Shown here piece by piece: positions 1 through 12,303 of a stretch of 64,000 nucleotides of DNA. The DNA lies in contig OZ281499.1 of NCBI GenBank assembly GCA_965637545.1, positions 1,488,001 through 1,552,000 of the forward strand, given 5' to 3'. A program made the position numbers and the translations under genes. The notes below the pieces were generated by a model. That model did not search any database. It had not been told where the DNA came from and worked only from the letters and a program-made list of their open reading frames with translations. Position 1 is the first letter of the stretch, and each line of letters opens with the position of its first letter. This DNA comes from Phallusia mammillata. Lineage: Eukaryota.

Positions 1-472
1 AAATACTAGACTCTACAGCAGCGCTGCTAAAAAGAAATTGTTTGACGTCAACTCTTGTTCGGGTTTGTGATGTAACCAGTTCGAGTTTTTTTGACGTCAA
101 AAGTTTGCGGTATTATGACGTCATAGCTCAAGGTAATGTGACGTCACATACTTGAATTAATATGACGTCTGGTAGCACATTATAACAATTTTAGTTGGTC
201 CAAACATAAAAAAACGCGTTTGCATTGATGTTTTTCGTACACCAACCAACTTTGGGAGATCAATTTGAAATGTTTGTGAGAATTCTATTATGGAGGTCCC
301 AACTTATTCACTGTGGTTCGTCCTCTCCACTATATTGCGCTTCCACAATGTGTTTAATAAACGTCCTAAAATAAATGTTTATTACTCGAGATAGGCAATG
401 TATTGTGTTGAACAGCAGTTTCTCGACCAACGTGAACGAAAATACCTTTATCCTTGCTTTGATTGTTTACAG

Positions 473-764
473 CAGTGGTTCCCAACCAGGAGGGAATTCC
501 CCACTAGGGGGAAATTTTGTAATTTGTAGCGGGAAATTGGTGTTAGAATATTAATCTCTTACTGGCTGTCTGTGCATTTTTTTAGTAAAGTTCATGATAT
601 ATAGTTCAAAGAGGAAAAATTTGAGGCTATAGAGCTTATATAATCGAGAGTTTAATTTCTTTTCTAATGTAAACGATATTTTAGCAAACTAAATTTGTAG
701 GGGAAAATTAGATTTGAATATCGATTTAAAGGGTGCACAGGACGAAAAAGGTTGGGAACCACTG
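473..764. mobile_element. hAT-type MITE, 292 bp
   Basis: 15-bp TIR CAGTGGTTCCCAACC/GGTTGGGAACCACTG, perfect 8-bp TSD gtttacag (465-472, 765-772). Empty site in the paralogous region near 50335 (- strand). Confidence 0.9.
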
Positions 765-1085
765 GTTTACAGCATTCACCAAAACAAGTTTGTTTCAACT
801 GTCACGACTATATTGCGTTACTGTGGTGGCGCAATGGTAAACAATACCTTCAAAACCTGTTTGAAACATCCAATATGTAACAGGAGAACGGTATTGTGTT
901 TAGTGACAGCATTGCGACAAATTAGGCTACTTTGAAATAGAGAGTCAAGTCACCGAAAGGGGAATTCACCTTTTAACTCTATTGTGAAATCTCATTCTAA
1001 ACCATGTTTAAAAGGACTGGGACTTATGAAATCAAAGCATCAATTTTGAAAGGGCTTTCTGCGAATAACTCGTGAATTGCCAGTC

Positions 1086-2292
1086 ATGACGTGTAGTATT
1101 GATGACGCTGCAGAGCAGTTTTGTGACGTAATAACGACAAACAATGACGTAATTCCTGAGTTGTGGGATATGGACAAGTTAGGGGGAAGGCTGGAGGACA
1201 AAATTTTGGACAGAATTCGATTTCTGAGGGAAAAGAAAAAGAAACAAATAACATTTTCCAAGCCAACTTACAAAACGTTTGAGGTTTCTGGTTCGAACGG
1301 AAACATGCTTATTCGGCAAATTATTGCTGTTTTTAGCGACAAAGAAATCTACAAACCTGGCATGTGCATCGTGTTGACGGTGGATAACGAGCCAGATGCA
1401 GCGATTGTTGTGTTTAAAGAAGGTCGACCTGAAACCTTCACCGCACCGAAGAAAACTGAGCAAGAAAGGGCATTGTGGGACAAAATGTTCTCAGATAGCA
1501 TGTGTGATGTGTGGAGGGAAAACGATATAGCAGGGTTTGACTCAGTTAACCTTGAAACAAAACGCAAAGATTTCGCAGAAACTTTTTTTAAACTTTGGAA
1601 CTTACCATTCGGGAAAATTGACCCACTTTATCGTCATGTTTTCTATGCATTGGTTTCCGAAATAGCAAAACCCAAAATGCCGTTTCATTTGGATCACGAT
1701 ACATACAAGCACATTCCCACTGCTGCTTGTATCAAAATTGCGATTGAAATCGGGCAAACCGGTCGTTTGGAGAATGTTTTTGGGGCGCGTAAAGGCCCAA
1801 CCAAACAAGCACAGGGCGAAGCTAGTCAAGATGCAGTTGACAACATAAAATCTATTCCAAAACACGAATGGAGACTCAACGAGGCGAAAGCCATGAGTAA
1901 AATGTGAGTGAAGTTGCTCAGTTTAAGGCAAATATCTCTTGTAATGCTGATCAATATTTCGGGTAAATTTTTCAAAAAAGTAACGCGTATTACTGAATTT
2001 AATTGGTTTATGTTCGCAAACTGCCTACAGTTGTGATTTTTTAAATCCTGTCGGTATTGAAAGTTGTGTGGCAAATTGAAACGTCAACCATTTAGAATTA
2101 ATTTACAAACATGTTTGGTGCAAAGAACCAGTAACAAAACAAGACGTATTGAAGCGATAACGATGTCGTTGATAGTGATTAAAATATTTCATGTTCAGGT
2201 ATCTTGGAGACAAAGATGGGGAAAACTTTCCACAGGAGAACGTTACAGCGAAGGTTGAAGAAATGAAGAAGTTTTTCGCCTTAGAAAATTAG
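1086..2292 (+). CDS. Unknown tandem family ('MTCSIDD' family) copy 1, intact, two exons (1086-1903, 2199-2292), 303 aa
   Basis: ORF 1077-1907. Its stop lies inside the GTGAGT donor at 1904. Acceptor ttcag at 2198; exon 2 reads in frame (M)YLGDKDGENFPQENVTAKVEEMKKFFALEN*. The same structure recurs in all paralogs. Confidence 0.85.
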
Positions 2293-3154
2293 TGAAAACA
2301 CGTGTGCATTTCTTCTGTGTTTGTGTTCATCACAGATCGTAAATAAAAATCAAATTTTATAATAAATCTTACGTTGATTTGAAATGTGTTTTGCTCCGAA
2401 CGTGGCATATTTTTTTTATAAACAGAACACAGAATATTCACACCTATTAATAATAGCGTCCAAAGATTTTTTGCGTTACAAGTTGGAGGTATTATGACGT
2501 CACTTTTTTAGGTTATGTGACGTCACAAGTTCGCGTTATTATTGCATCACCTGTTTGGGTTATCGTGGCGTTACATAATTGGATAAATGGAACTTTGCAG
2601 ATAAATTTATAATGTTTGTGAGAGTTCTATTATGGAGGTTCTGACTTCTTCTCTGTGGTTTGTCCGCTCCACTATATATTGTGCTTCCGCAATGTGTTTA
2701 ATAAACGCCCTCAAATAAGTGTTTTTGCTCAAAGTAGGCAATGCAATGGTGAACGAAAGTTTGTCAACAAAACGTGAACATAAATAACTTTATTCTTGCT
2801 TTATATTTTTATATTTTATATAAAAATTGATTGCTCACAACATTCACAAAAACCAGTTTGTTTTCCAACTGTCACGACTATATTGCGTTACTGTGATGGC
2901 GCAACGTCAAACAATACCTTTCAAAACCTGTTTTGGAACATCCAATATGTAACAGGAGAAGAGTAATTTGATGAGTGACAGCATTGTGACAAAGTACTTT
3001 GAAATAGAGAGTCAAGTCACCAGAAGGGGGATTTACCGTTTTAATTGTATTGTGAAATGTTTTTTTCAATCATGTTGAAAAGGACTGCGACTTTTTTAAA
3101 ATCTTCACTTGTATGTTATGAAATTATCTGCGGACAACCTGTGAAGTGCCAGAC

Positions 3155-4630
3155 ATGACGTGTAGTATCGATGACGCTACCGAGCAGTTTTGTGACGTAA
3201 CATGGACAACCGATGACGTTATAACAGAATTGAAGGACATGGAAATGTTAGGTGGAGCGTTGGAAAGAAAAATTATGAGAAGAATTCGAGTTCTGAAAAA
3301 GGAAAAACACGGGCAAATAACGTTTGCAAAACCAACTTACAAATCGTTGGAGGTTTCTGGTTCAAACGGAAACTTGTTTGTTCGGCAAATTATTTCAGTT
3401 TTGAGCAAAAGTGAAATTTACAAGCCTGGCATGTGTGTTGTATTGATGGTGGATCACAAACCTGATGGGGCGATTGTCGTTTTCAGAGCTGGGCGGTCAG
3501 AAGTTATAACAACGCAGGGAAACCCGAAATGTAATACCGTCCGCTGGGACCACATTTTTTCTGACAGGTTGTCTGAAGTTTGGCGGAACAATGGGATACC
3601 AGGTTTTGAGCTGACTGATCTTGAAACTAAACGAAGAGAATTTGTTGAAAATTTTCCCAAAATTTGGAAATTACCATTTGCGAGAATAGATCCAGTTGAA
3701 CGCCATTTTCTTTACGGATTGGCATTCGAGATGGCAAAACCCAAAATGTCATTTCATTTGGATCACGATGGCATTAAACACATTCCTTCTGCTGCTTGTA
3801 TTAAGATCGCAATGGAAACTGGTCAGACAGGTCAGTTAGAGACAGTGTTTGGGGCGCGTAAACCCCCAAACCCACAGGCAAGAATTGCTGCTGGTCAAGA
3901 TGAAGTTGACAACACCGAATGCGTTCCAAAACACGAAAGGCGGCTCAATCAGGCGAAAGCCATGATCAGAATGTGAGTAGCAGCGTTCGTCTAACACAGT
4001 GTTTCTTAACCTTTTTAGTGCTTGTACCCCTTGAGCTTTCATGACATTTTCTCGTACCCCCTGTCTACAATGGCCGATGGAAGTAAACAGTAATGCGAAT
4101 TAAACTCAGTGTATTTATAACTTACATGTTGAATGCATGCATTAAAATAGTCTTGTAAGTTCAACACCAACAATCAGTCAATTCAAATCAACTACACATA
4201 ACAAAGTAATCTGTTACGCATTCTTCACAAATATGCCTAAATAATGTATAATTTCACACCGACTGTCGTACCCCCTGCTTTGGTGCTTTGTGTCCCCAAG
4301 GGGAACCTGTACCCCTGGTTAAGAACCCTTGGTCTAACACAACGTTAAAAAATCGACTTTTTTATTGGATAACTTCAAATATTTGTTGTAAATTTAAATC
4401 ATCGAATAATTTGGGTTAAAACAAGCCATTTTACCTAAAACAGTGGAGTTTACATTTCCGAAAGGTAAACGAAACGTATATAGACGCTATATATAGCTGT
4501 TTAGAAGGATGTAATGAAAAATAAATTTATGTTTAGGTATCTGGGAGACAAAGATGGAGAAAACTTTCCACAGGACAACGTTACAGCAAAAGTTGAAGAA
4601 ATAAAGAAGTTTTTCGCCTTAGAAAACTAG
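3155..4630 (+). CDS. MTCSIDD family copy 2, intact (exons 3155-3972, 4537-4630)
   Basis: ORF 3146-3976, donor GTGAGT at 3973, acceptor tttag at 4536, in-frame exon 2 YLGDKDGENFPQDNVTAKVEEIKKFFALEN*. The intron carries a MITE. Confidence 0.85.
3997..4331. mobile_element. hAT-type MITE in the intron of family copy 2
   Basis: Imperfect TIR CAGTGTTTCTTAACC/GGTTAAGAACCCTTG, perfect 8-bp TSD gtctaaca. Absent from the intron of sister copy 10. Confidence 0.85.
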
Positions 4631-4825
4631 TTTCAACTTGCCAATGGACAACACTGTATATAGTGTGCACTTGTTACATGTTTGTGTTTGTCACATATAT
4701 GATTATGATGTTATAATTCAATTTTATTTTGTAATAAACGATCTATTGATCACAAATGTGTTTTGTCACACAACCCGCAAAGTTTCATTTTAAAACAGCA
4801 CCTTAAGTTATGTTATATGCTTATA

Positions 4826-5240
4826 GGGCTGTACTAAGCAACATAGTACACCACACCTGTTAAAGGCGTTAACGCCTAAAGACCAGGCTGTAGCGGCCTC
4901 TCTCACTACCGTTGTCGTGTGCCTTCATACTACAGCGAACCGGACAGATTGCCTTCTTTCTCTAACTCTCGTCTTATGCGGCGTATTCGCTCATTGTGTT
5001 GTTCTATTACGATGCACCTTGAATAAACACCTCGCTACAAGGCGTACCGTGATTTCGCTATCATTGTGCCATGATCGCTGGTCTGCATTTACGCTTCAGG
5101 GCTGGTCCCAGTTATAACTTTAGGTGTATGTAATCTAATAAGCGTGATACAAGTGTCCTGGATATTAACGACAAGCCGTGTCGCATAAGTTTCTGAAGGA
5201 AATTTCGTTATGTGCTGTATTATTGTAATTGTAAATGTAA
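4826..5240 (+). repeat. ~400-bp repeated block downstream of family copies 2, 3 and 11 (also ~7866-8290, ~53552-53950)
   Basis: High nucleotide identity between copies; the small ORFs in it are not conserved in length. Confidence 0.75.
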
Positions 5241-6243
5241 TTTTTCAAGGAGTAAAAGAATTCAGCAAAACAAAGTTGGACAAGGTGTTATTTAAACATA
5301 GCGTTATTTGCCTGCATATATAAGTTATGGCGTTTCTCAAATTGAACTTCTTTTCTTAAAAATAAGAGAAATTTTTTTCAATGGGTTCGACGCTTCCGGG
5401 GACGAATCCCGATCAAATTTTTTTTTATGTATGTGGGTCAGGCGCGCCGGAACATTCGGCCAAGTTCCTGCCCCGAAAACAAAACAAAAAAACAATTGCC
5501 GGCGTAACACCATGTAGCACTAACTAGCGGCAGCGCACTAATAGATGATGTACGTCGGCCGGGCTTTTCAGGCCGGTTTCGGGAACGGCTTGAATAAAAC
5601 GGGCTTGAATCGGATCTGACTTTATACTTAGCTACACCTGTGTCTTAATTTTGTTAAGTTGCAGCTAGCTCTAGATCTGGCTTAATTTGAAGAAAGCAAT
5701 TGGACCCGGGTCAAGTGCGGCTTTGCTTACAGCTCTGAGCGTACTACAGCAAAACTATGAAAGCCGCCAAGAAAGCCAAATGAAACCGTAAAAAACAACG
5801 AAATATTCCCACGCCTTGTACAGAAATATAATGTTGGATTGTTACCAAGATATCGAACTTTTGAAAAGTTTATGACGCTCAGTTAAGAATTAACTATTTG
5901 GTGGATATTTACTTGATTGTATTGCGCGAAACCACAGTAACGTAAATCGAATCCCTTACATATGACGTAACACATTCCTTTTTATTCATTTACCGAAGCC
6001 GATGTGTAACACCAGAACAAAGGGCATGGGTGAGAATTTGATCAGTGAAATATCGTCTTACATTTATCCATAACATACAACGTTGCTGGACGCGTCAAGG
6101 ACATGTTGGTTGTAAACATTTTTCACACTAGAAGTTGCTGCAATATTAGAGCCGAAAATGGACAACTAACGCAAACCTAACCAGTGATATAAAATTGATA
6201 GTAATGACCTCACTGTGTCAACGTAGAACTCAAAACCCCTTTG

Positions 6244-6329
6244 TGACGTAGCGCGTTTAGGTTTATCACGCGAAGGGGAAACGAAAGTCTGCAAACGGGA
6301 CATGCCCCCTTTCAATGATATGGCGCAAT
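6244..6329 (+). promoter_or_regulatory. Candidate inducible enhancer of copy 3: CRE-like TGACGTAG, IRF/ISRE-like GGGGAAACGAAAGT, kB-like GGGACATGCCCC, C/EBP-like TGGCGCAAT
   Basis: Motifs at 6244, 6275, 6297 and 6321. Same order at 54681-54766, 12131-12219, 58717-58802 and, on the - strand, upstream of 45609 and 47887. Function is inferred from motif similarity only. Confidence 0.45.
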
Positions 6330-6413
6330 CTGCTTGTGTATATGAACTGGAAAATTCAATATGAAGTGGATTTGTTTTCGGCTCGCTTCCCAAGAAGACT
6401 TTAACTGACAGAT

Positions 6414-7700
6414 ATGACGTGTAGTATTGATGACGCCGTTGAACAGTTTTGTGACGTAATAACGACAAATGATGAGGTTGTGTCTAAGTTGCGGGATATG
6501 AACAAGTTAGGGGGAGGGTTGGAGGAAAAAATTAGAAAAAGAATTGAAGAAATTGTGCAGGAGATGAAAATAAAACTAACGTTTTCAAAGCTCACTTACA
6601 AATCGCTGGATGTTTCTGGTACGAACGGAAACTTACTAGTTCGACAAATCATCGCTGTTTTTGCAAATAGGGAAATTTACAAACCTGGCATGTGTATCGT
6701 GTTGACGGTGGATAACGAACCGGATGCAGCGATTGTCGTGGTTAAAGAATGTCGACCTGAAACCTTTACAGTGCCGAAGAAAACTGATCATCAAAGAGCA
6801 TTGTGGGACAAACTATTTTCAGATAGCAGGTGTGAGGTTTGGAAAGAAAAAGGAAGAACAGAATATGAACCAAATGACCTTGAAACAAAACGCAGAGATT
6901 TTGCAGAACATTTTTCCATACTTTGGAACTCACTATTCGGTGAAATTGATCCACTTTATCGCCACATTTTCTTTGGCTTGGCAACAGAAATGGCAAAACC
7001 CAAATTGAAGTCTCATGTGGATCACGATGTCTACAAGCATATTCCTACTGCTGCGTGCATCAAAATCGCAATTGAAACCGGACAGACAGGTCGTTTGGAG
7101 AATGTGTTTGGGGCGCGTACAAAGCGAGTCAGACAGCAGGCACAAAGTGAAGTTGGTCAAGATGTAGTTCACGCATCTGAATTAGTTCCAAAGCACGAAC
7201 GGCGGCTTCGTGAAGCAAAAGCCTTGATCAGAATGTGAGTTTACACGTTCAAACTGAGATAGAGAAGTATATCTCTTTCAGATGTGGAATGTTAATTTTG
7301 GCAAAACCACTCAACGTGTTAGTTTATTACGTTCGTTAACAAATCGTTTGTTTTAGAAATTAGTGTGACTATCTTAATAAGTTATGGCGTTCTCAAAACT
7401 TTTTTTACAAACTAGTCTGGCTAATTTTTGCTCATTTTTTTATATCCGGATGTTATCAAAAGTTAAGTGGCAAAATGTGAACGACATTTAGCGGATATTC
7501 GGTTAATTATATGCAAACATGTTGGGTGCAAACAACCAGTAACAAAACAAAACGTACTCAAGCGATGACGATGTCGTTGGTAGTAATGAAACTATTTTAT
7601 GTTTATGTATCTGGGAGACAAAGACGGAGAAAACTTTCCACATGAAGACGTTTCAGCAAAGGTTGAAGAAATAAAGAAGTTTTTCGCCTTAGAAAACTAG
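6414..7700 (+). CDS. MTCSIDD family copy 3; exon 1 intact (6414-7234), exon 2 (7607-7700) preceded by a mutated acceptor
   Basis: 274-aa ORF. The acceptor reads gtttat|gtat instead of gtttag|gtat; the exon 2 frame is still open. Confidence 0.7.
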
Positions 7701-8793
7701 TTTCAACTTTAGAAAACTAGGACAACACTGTATATAGTGTGCACTTGTTACATGTTTGTGTTTATCACATATATGATTATGATGTTATAATTCAATTTAT
7801 TTTGTCACACAACCCGCAAAGTTTCATTTTAAAACAGCACCATTAAGTTATGTTATATGCTAATAGGGCTGTACTAAGCAACATAGTACACCACACCTGT
7901 TGAAGGCGTTAACGCCAAAAGGCCAGACTGTAGCGGCCTCTCTCACGACCGTTGTCGTGTGCTTCCATACTACAGCGAACTGGACAGATTGCCTTCTTTC
8001 TCTGACTCTCGTTTTATGCGTCGTATTCGCACATTGTGTTGTCCTATTACGATGCACCTCGAATAAACACCTCGCTACAAGGCGTACCGTGATTGCGATA
8101 TGATTGTGCCGTGATCGCTGGTCTGCATTTACGCTTCAGGGCTGGTCCCAGTTATAACTTTAGGTGTATTTAATCCAATAAGCGTGATACAAGTGTCCTG
8201 AATATTAACGAATAGCCGGGTCGCATAAGTTTCTGAAGGAAATTTCGCTATGTGCTGTATGAATGTAATTGTAAATGTAATTTTTCAAGGAGTAAAAGAA
8301 TTCAGCAAAACAAAGTTGGACAAGGTGTTATTTAAATATAGCGTTATTTGCCTGCATATATCAGTTATGGCGTTTCTTAAATTGAACTTCCTTTCTTAAA
8401 AATAAGAGAACTTTTTTTCAATGGGTTCGACGCTTCCGGGGACGAATCCCGATCAAAGTTTTTTTATGTATGTGGGTCAGGCGCGCCAGGACATTCGGCC
8501 AAGTTCCGCCCCGAAAACAAAACAAAAAAACAATTGCCGGCGTAACAACATGTAGCACCAACTAGCGGCTGCGCACTAATAGATGATGTACGTCGGCCGA
8601 GCTTTTCAGGCCAGGTTCGGGAACGGCTTGAATAAAACGGGCTTGAATCGGACCTGACTTTATACTTAGCTACACCTGTGTCGTATTTTTGTTAAGTTGC
8701 AGCTAGCTCTAGATCGGGATTAATTTGAAGAAAAAATTTAGACCCGGGTCAAGTTCGGCTTCGCTTACAGCTCTGAGCGTACTACAGCAAAAA

Positions 8794-9419
8794 CTATGCC
8801 TTGGCTCTCGAAATGGCAAAACCGAAGATGCCGTTTTTTTGGGATCGTCGCTACCAGCATATTCCTGCTGCCGCTTGCATTAAAATTGCGCACGAAACTG
8901 GTCAAACTGGTCGTTTGGAATGGATTTTTGGTTCGCGACGAGTGCAGGATGGACCAGCGAAAAGCGAAACTGGCCTGGATTTAGTTGACAGCAACGATTT
9001 GATTTTGAAATACGAACAGCGACTCAGTGAAGCAAAGTCTATGATCAAAACGTGAGTCAAAACATTCGGTTTGAGACACAAAGACCTGATGCGTTAAGTT
9101 TTCTCAACATTTCAGAAGTATGAAGTTAGCTCAACAAGCTTTGTTTATTGGTTCGAGTTCTGTGAAGATATTATACTCATAAAGAAAATATATATTTGAC
9201 GATAAATTTAAATAATCGGTAAACTTGTTCAGTTCTAATTTCCAAATAGCCTATATAGAACATAACATTTGTAACACAATGCCGAGTTGCTGGGAAGCAA
9301 TTGTAAAGCAATCAAATGATTTGATTTTCAGGTATCTTGGAAACAAAGATGACTTTTCTCGGGCGAACGTCACAGCGAAGTTTAAGGAAATGAAAAACTT
9401 CTTCGCTTTGGAAAACTGA
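8794..9419 (+). pseudogene. MTCSIDD family copy 4, 5'-deleted fragment (last ~85 codons of exon 1 plus exon 2 at 9332-9419)
   Basis: Homology starts abruptly at ctatgccttggctctcgaaatgg and is nearly identical to the 3' end of copy 12. No promoter core or start upstream. Confidence 0.8.
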
Positions 9420-9519
9420 TAGCAACCTTTTACATCGTATGCACTTGTTCTGTATTTGCTTTTACCACTGTTTGATTGTTGTATTTTTAAACGTGATTTT
9501 ATAATACACGATGTATCGA

Positions 9520-9745
9520 TTGTGGCGAGAAGTACTTCCCGACTCCATGCGCTCTTTAGTGTCGACAGCGCATGATCACCACCTGGAAAGCATTTCCCTA
9601 GAAACCTAGACCTACCTGGGTCAAGCTCAATCGTCTTCGCACCGGCATTTGCATTTTCGCTCAACTTTGCACAGGTCGACATTGTGCAGAGGAGCAGGCC
9701 GCATAGTAACAATCTGGCCTATTTACCCCCAACCGTATGAGTCTT
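9520..9745 (+). mobile_element. Degenerate 3' end of the same LINE family (second copy ~56115-56340)
   Basis: Encodes ...PPG...WVKLNRLRTG...CAEEQ with frameshifts. Confidence 0.6.
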
Positions 9746-10190
9746 AAGTAGAGTTGTAAACGGTCCTGAAATTGGAGCCCGAACCCGAAAGTACAAGTTC
9801 GATGGTGCAAGGGTTTCAAAAACTGCAGTTACAGACTTGTGTGAGAAATATTGTCTTTCAATCAGCCGTGACATTGAACTTTGACGCGCCCAGAAACATT
9901 TATAGATGGACTCACCCACAACATCTAAATAGATTCTGCATCTAAAAAAAGCTCAAACGCTGCTTTGTAATGTTTTCGCGGTATTGGTTGGACGTGCTCC
10001 AGAACGAATTCTTAAAAGGCAAATTGCGGAAGTTAGGGTTTTCGCGAGACGGAAAGGGAAAGTCAGCCAAAGGGGGCGTGACCCTGTATGGCACAATATA
10101 CTGTTGGGCCATGTTCATCTTGACTATGACTTCAAATAAAAAGCCGCATTTGCACCAGATTTGCCGCGAACAGGTCATGAACTGACAATC

Positions 10191-11476
10191 ATGACGTGTA
10201 GCATTGATGACGCTGCCGAGAAGTTTTGTGACGTAATATCGATGAACGATATCGTAATTCCTGAGTTGTGGGATATGGATAAGTTGGGGGGAGCTTTGGA
10301 GGACAAAATTATGGACAGAATTCGAATCCTAAGGGAAAACGAAAGAAACAAATAGCATTTTGCAAGCCAACTTACAAATCGTTCGCGGTTTCTGGTATGA
10401 ACGGAAACTTGCTCGTTCGGCAAATCATTGCTATTTTTAGCGACAAAAAATGTACGAACCTGGCATGTGTATCGTATTGATGGTGGATAACGAACCGGAT
10501 GCAGTGATTGTCGTGTTCAATGAAGGCCGACCTGAAACCTTTACCGCACCGAAGAAAACTGAGCATCAAAGAGCAATGTGGGATAAAATATTTGCAGACA
10601 GCATGTGTGATGTGTGGAGGGAAAAAGGAAAAACAGAATATGAGTCAAACGACCTTGAAACAAGACGCAAAGATTTTGCAGAAACTTTTTCCAAAGATTG
10701 GAACTCTCCATTCGGGGAAATTGACCCACTTTATCGCTACATTTTCTTTGGCTTGGCAACAGAAATGGCAAAACCCAAATTGAAGTCTCATGTGGATCAC
10801 GATACATACAAGCACATTCCTACTGCTGCGTGCATCAAAATCGCAATTGAAGCCGGACAGACAAGTCGTTTGGAGAATGTGTTTGGGGCGCGTACAAAGC
10901 GAGTCAGACAGCAGGCACAAAGTAAAGTTGGTCAAGATGTAGTTCACGCATCTGAATTTATTCTGAATATAGCACAAACGGCGGCTTCGTGAAGCAAAAG
11001 CTTTCATCAGAATGTAAGTTTACCCGTTCGAACTGAGACAGAGAAGTATATATCTTTTAGAGGCTAAATGTAAATTTTGGCAAAACACTTAACGTGTTAG
11101 TTCATTACTTTCGTTAACAAATCGTTAGTTTAGAAATTAGTGTGACTATCTTAATAAGTTATGGCGTCCTCAAAACTTTTTTTTACAAACCAGTCTGGCT
11201 AATTTTTGCTCATTTTTTTATATCCGGACATTATCGAAAGTTAGTGCCAAAATATGAACGCGTTTAGCGGATATTCGGTTAATTATTTACAAACATATTC
11301 GGTGCAAATAACCAGTAACAAAACAAAACGGTTTGAAGCGATAACGATGTCGTTGGTAGTAACCAAATTATTTCATGTTTAGGTTTCTCGGAGACAAAGA
11401 TGGGGAAACCTTTTCACATGAGAACGTTACAGCGAAGGTTGAAGAAGTGAAGCAGTTTTTTGCCTTGGAAAACTAG
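10191..11476 (+). pseudogene. MTCSIDD family copy 5, frameshifted pseudogene
   Basis: 1-nt deletion near 10340 gives TAG at 10353, a second 1-nt deletion lies near 10448, and there is a length change near 10960. ORF split into 10161-10355 and 10450-10992. Exon 2 at 11383-11476. Confidence 0.85.
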
Positions 11477-12303
11477 CGGCAACTTGCCAATGGAATAACA
11501 TCGTATATCGTGTGCGCTTACTTTATGTTTGTGTTTAACATAATACAATTATGTTGCTATATTTCAAAACTAATTTGGTAATAAACGATTATGATCTTTA
11601 TGACATTTAGTTTGATTCTGTTTGAATAAGAACGACTGATGATGCCCTTATCGGTGAAATATATATCGTTAAACAACATTTGTTGACTAATTCTGATTAG
11701 AAAGCACTGTCAAATACTTCGTCAATTATTCTTACATGATCTTTATGACGCTAAGTTAATATTAACTCTTGGTCGATATTTATTATAAAGTGTTGCGGGC
11801 CACCTCAGCAACGTAAATCAAATCGCTTACACATGACGCAACACATTCATCTTTACTCTTTATCTATTACTGAAGCCGTGGCGTAACACCAGAACAAAGG
11901 GCATGGGTGGGAATTTGATCAGTGAAATATCGTTTATCCATAACATATCACGTTGCTGGACGCGTCAGGGACATGTTGGTTGTAAACTTTGTTCACACTA
12001 AGTTAGAAGTTGTTGCAATATTTAATCATTATTGAAGCCGAAAATGGACAAGTAACGCAAACCTAACCAGTGATGATAATTAAGTATTGACCCCCACTGT
12101 GTCAACGTAGAATCCACGCGCGTCCTATTGTGACGTATATCGTGATCAGGTTTAACTCGCATAGGGGAAACAAAAGTGAGCTAACGGGGGATTCTCCTTT
12201 TCGACAGTGTGGCTCAATCTGTTTGTACAAGTAAACCGGGACCTTCAATAAAAAGCACAGTTCGTATCTGGATTACTTCCCAACAAGACGTAAACTGACA
12301 GCC

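Noticed and set aside
1380-1460. PD-(D/E)xK nuclease or deaminase assignment for the family (conserved PD; His/Cys motif HIP.AAC)
   Set aside because: No correctly spaced (D/E)xK after PD and no HxE...PCxxC. A fold cannot be assigned by eye; it needs HHpred or a structure search.
9251-9712. 153-aa minus-strand ORF (and the 94-aa paralog at 56023-56307) with a signal-peptide-like start
   Set aside because: It is antisense to family exon 2 and to a degenerate LINE tail; it is broken in the paralog and has no ATG context or domain.
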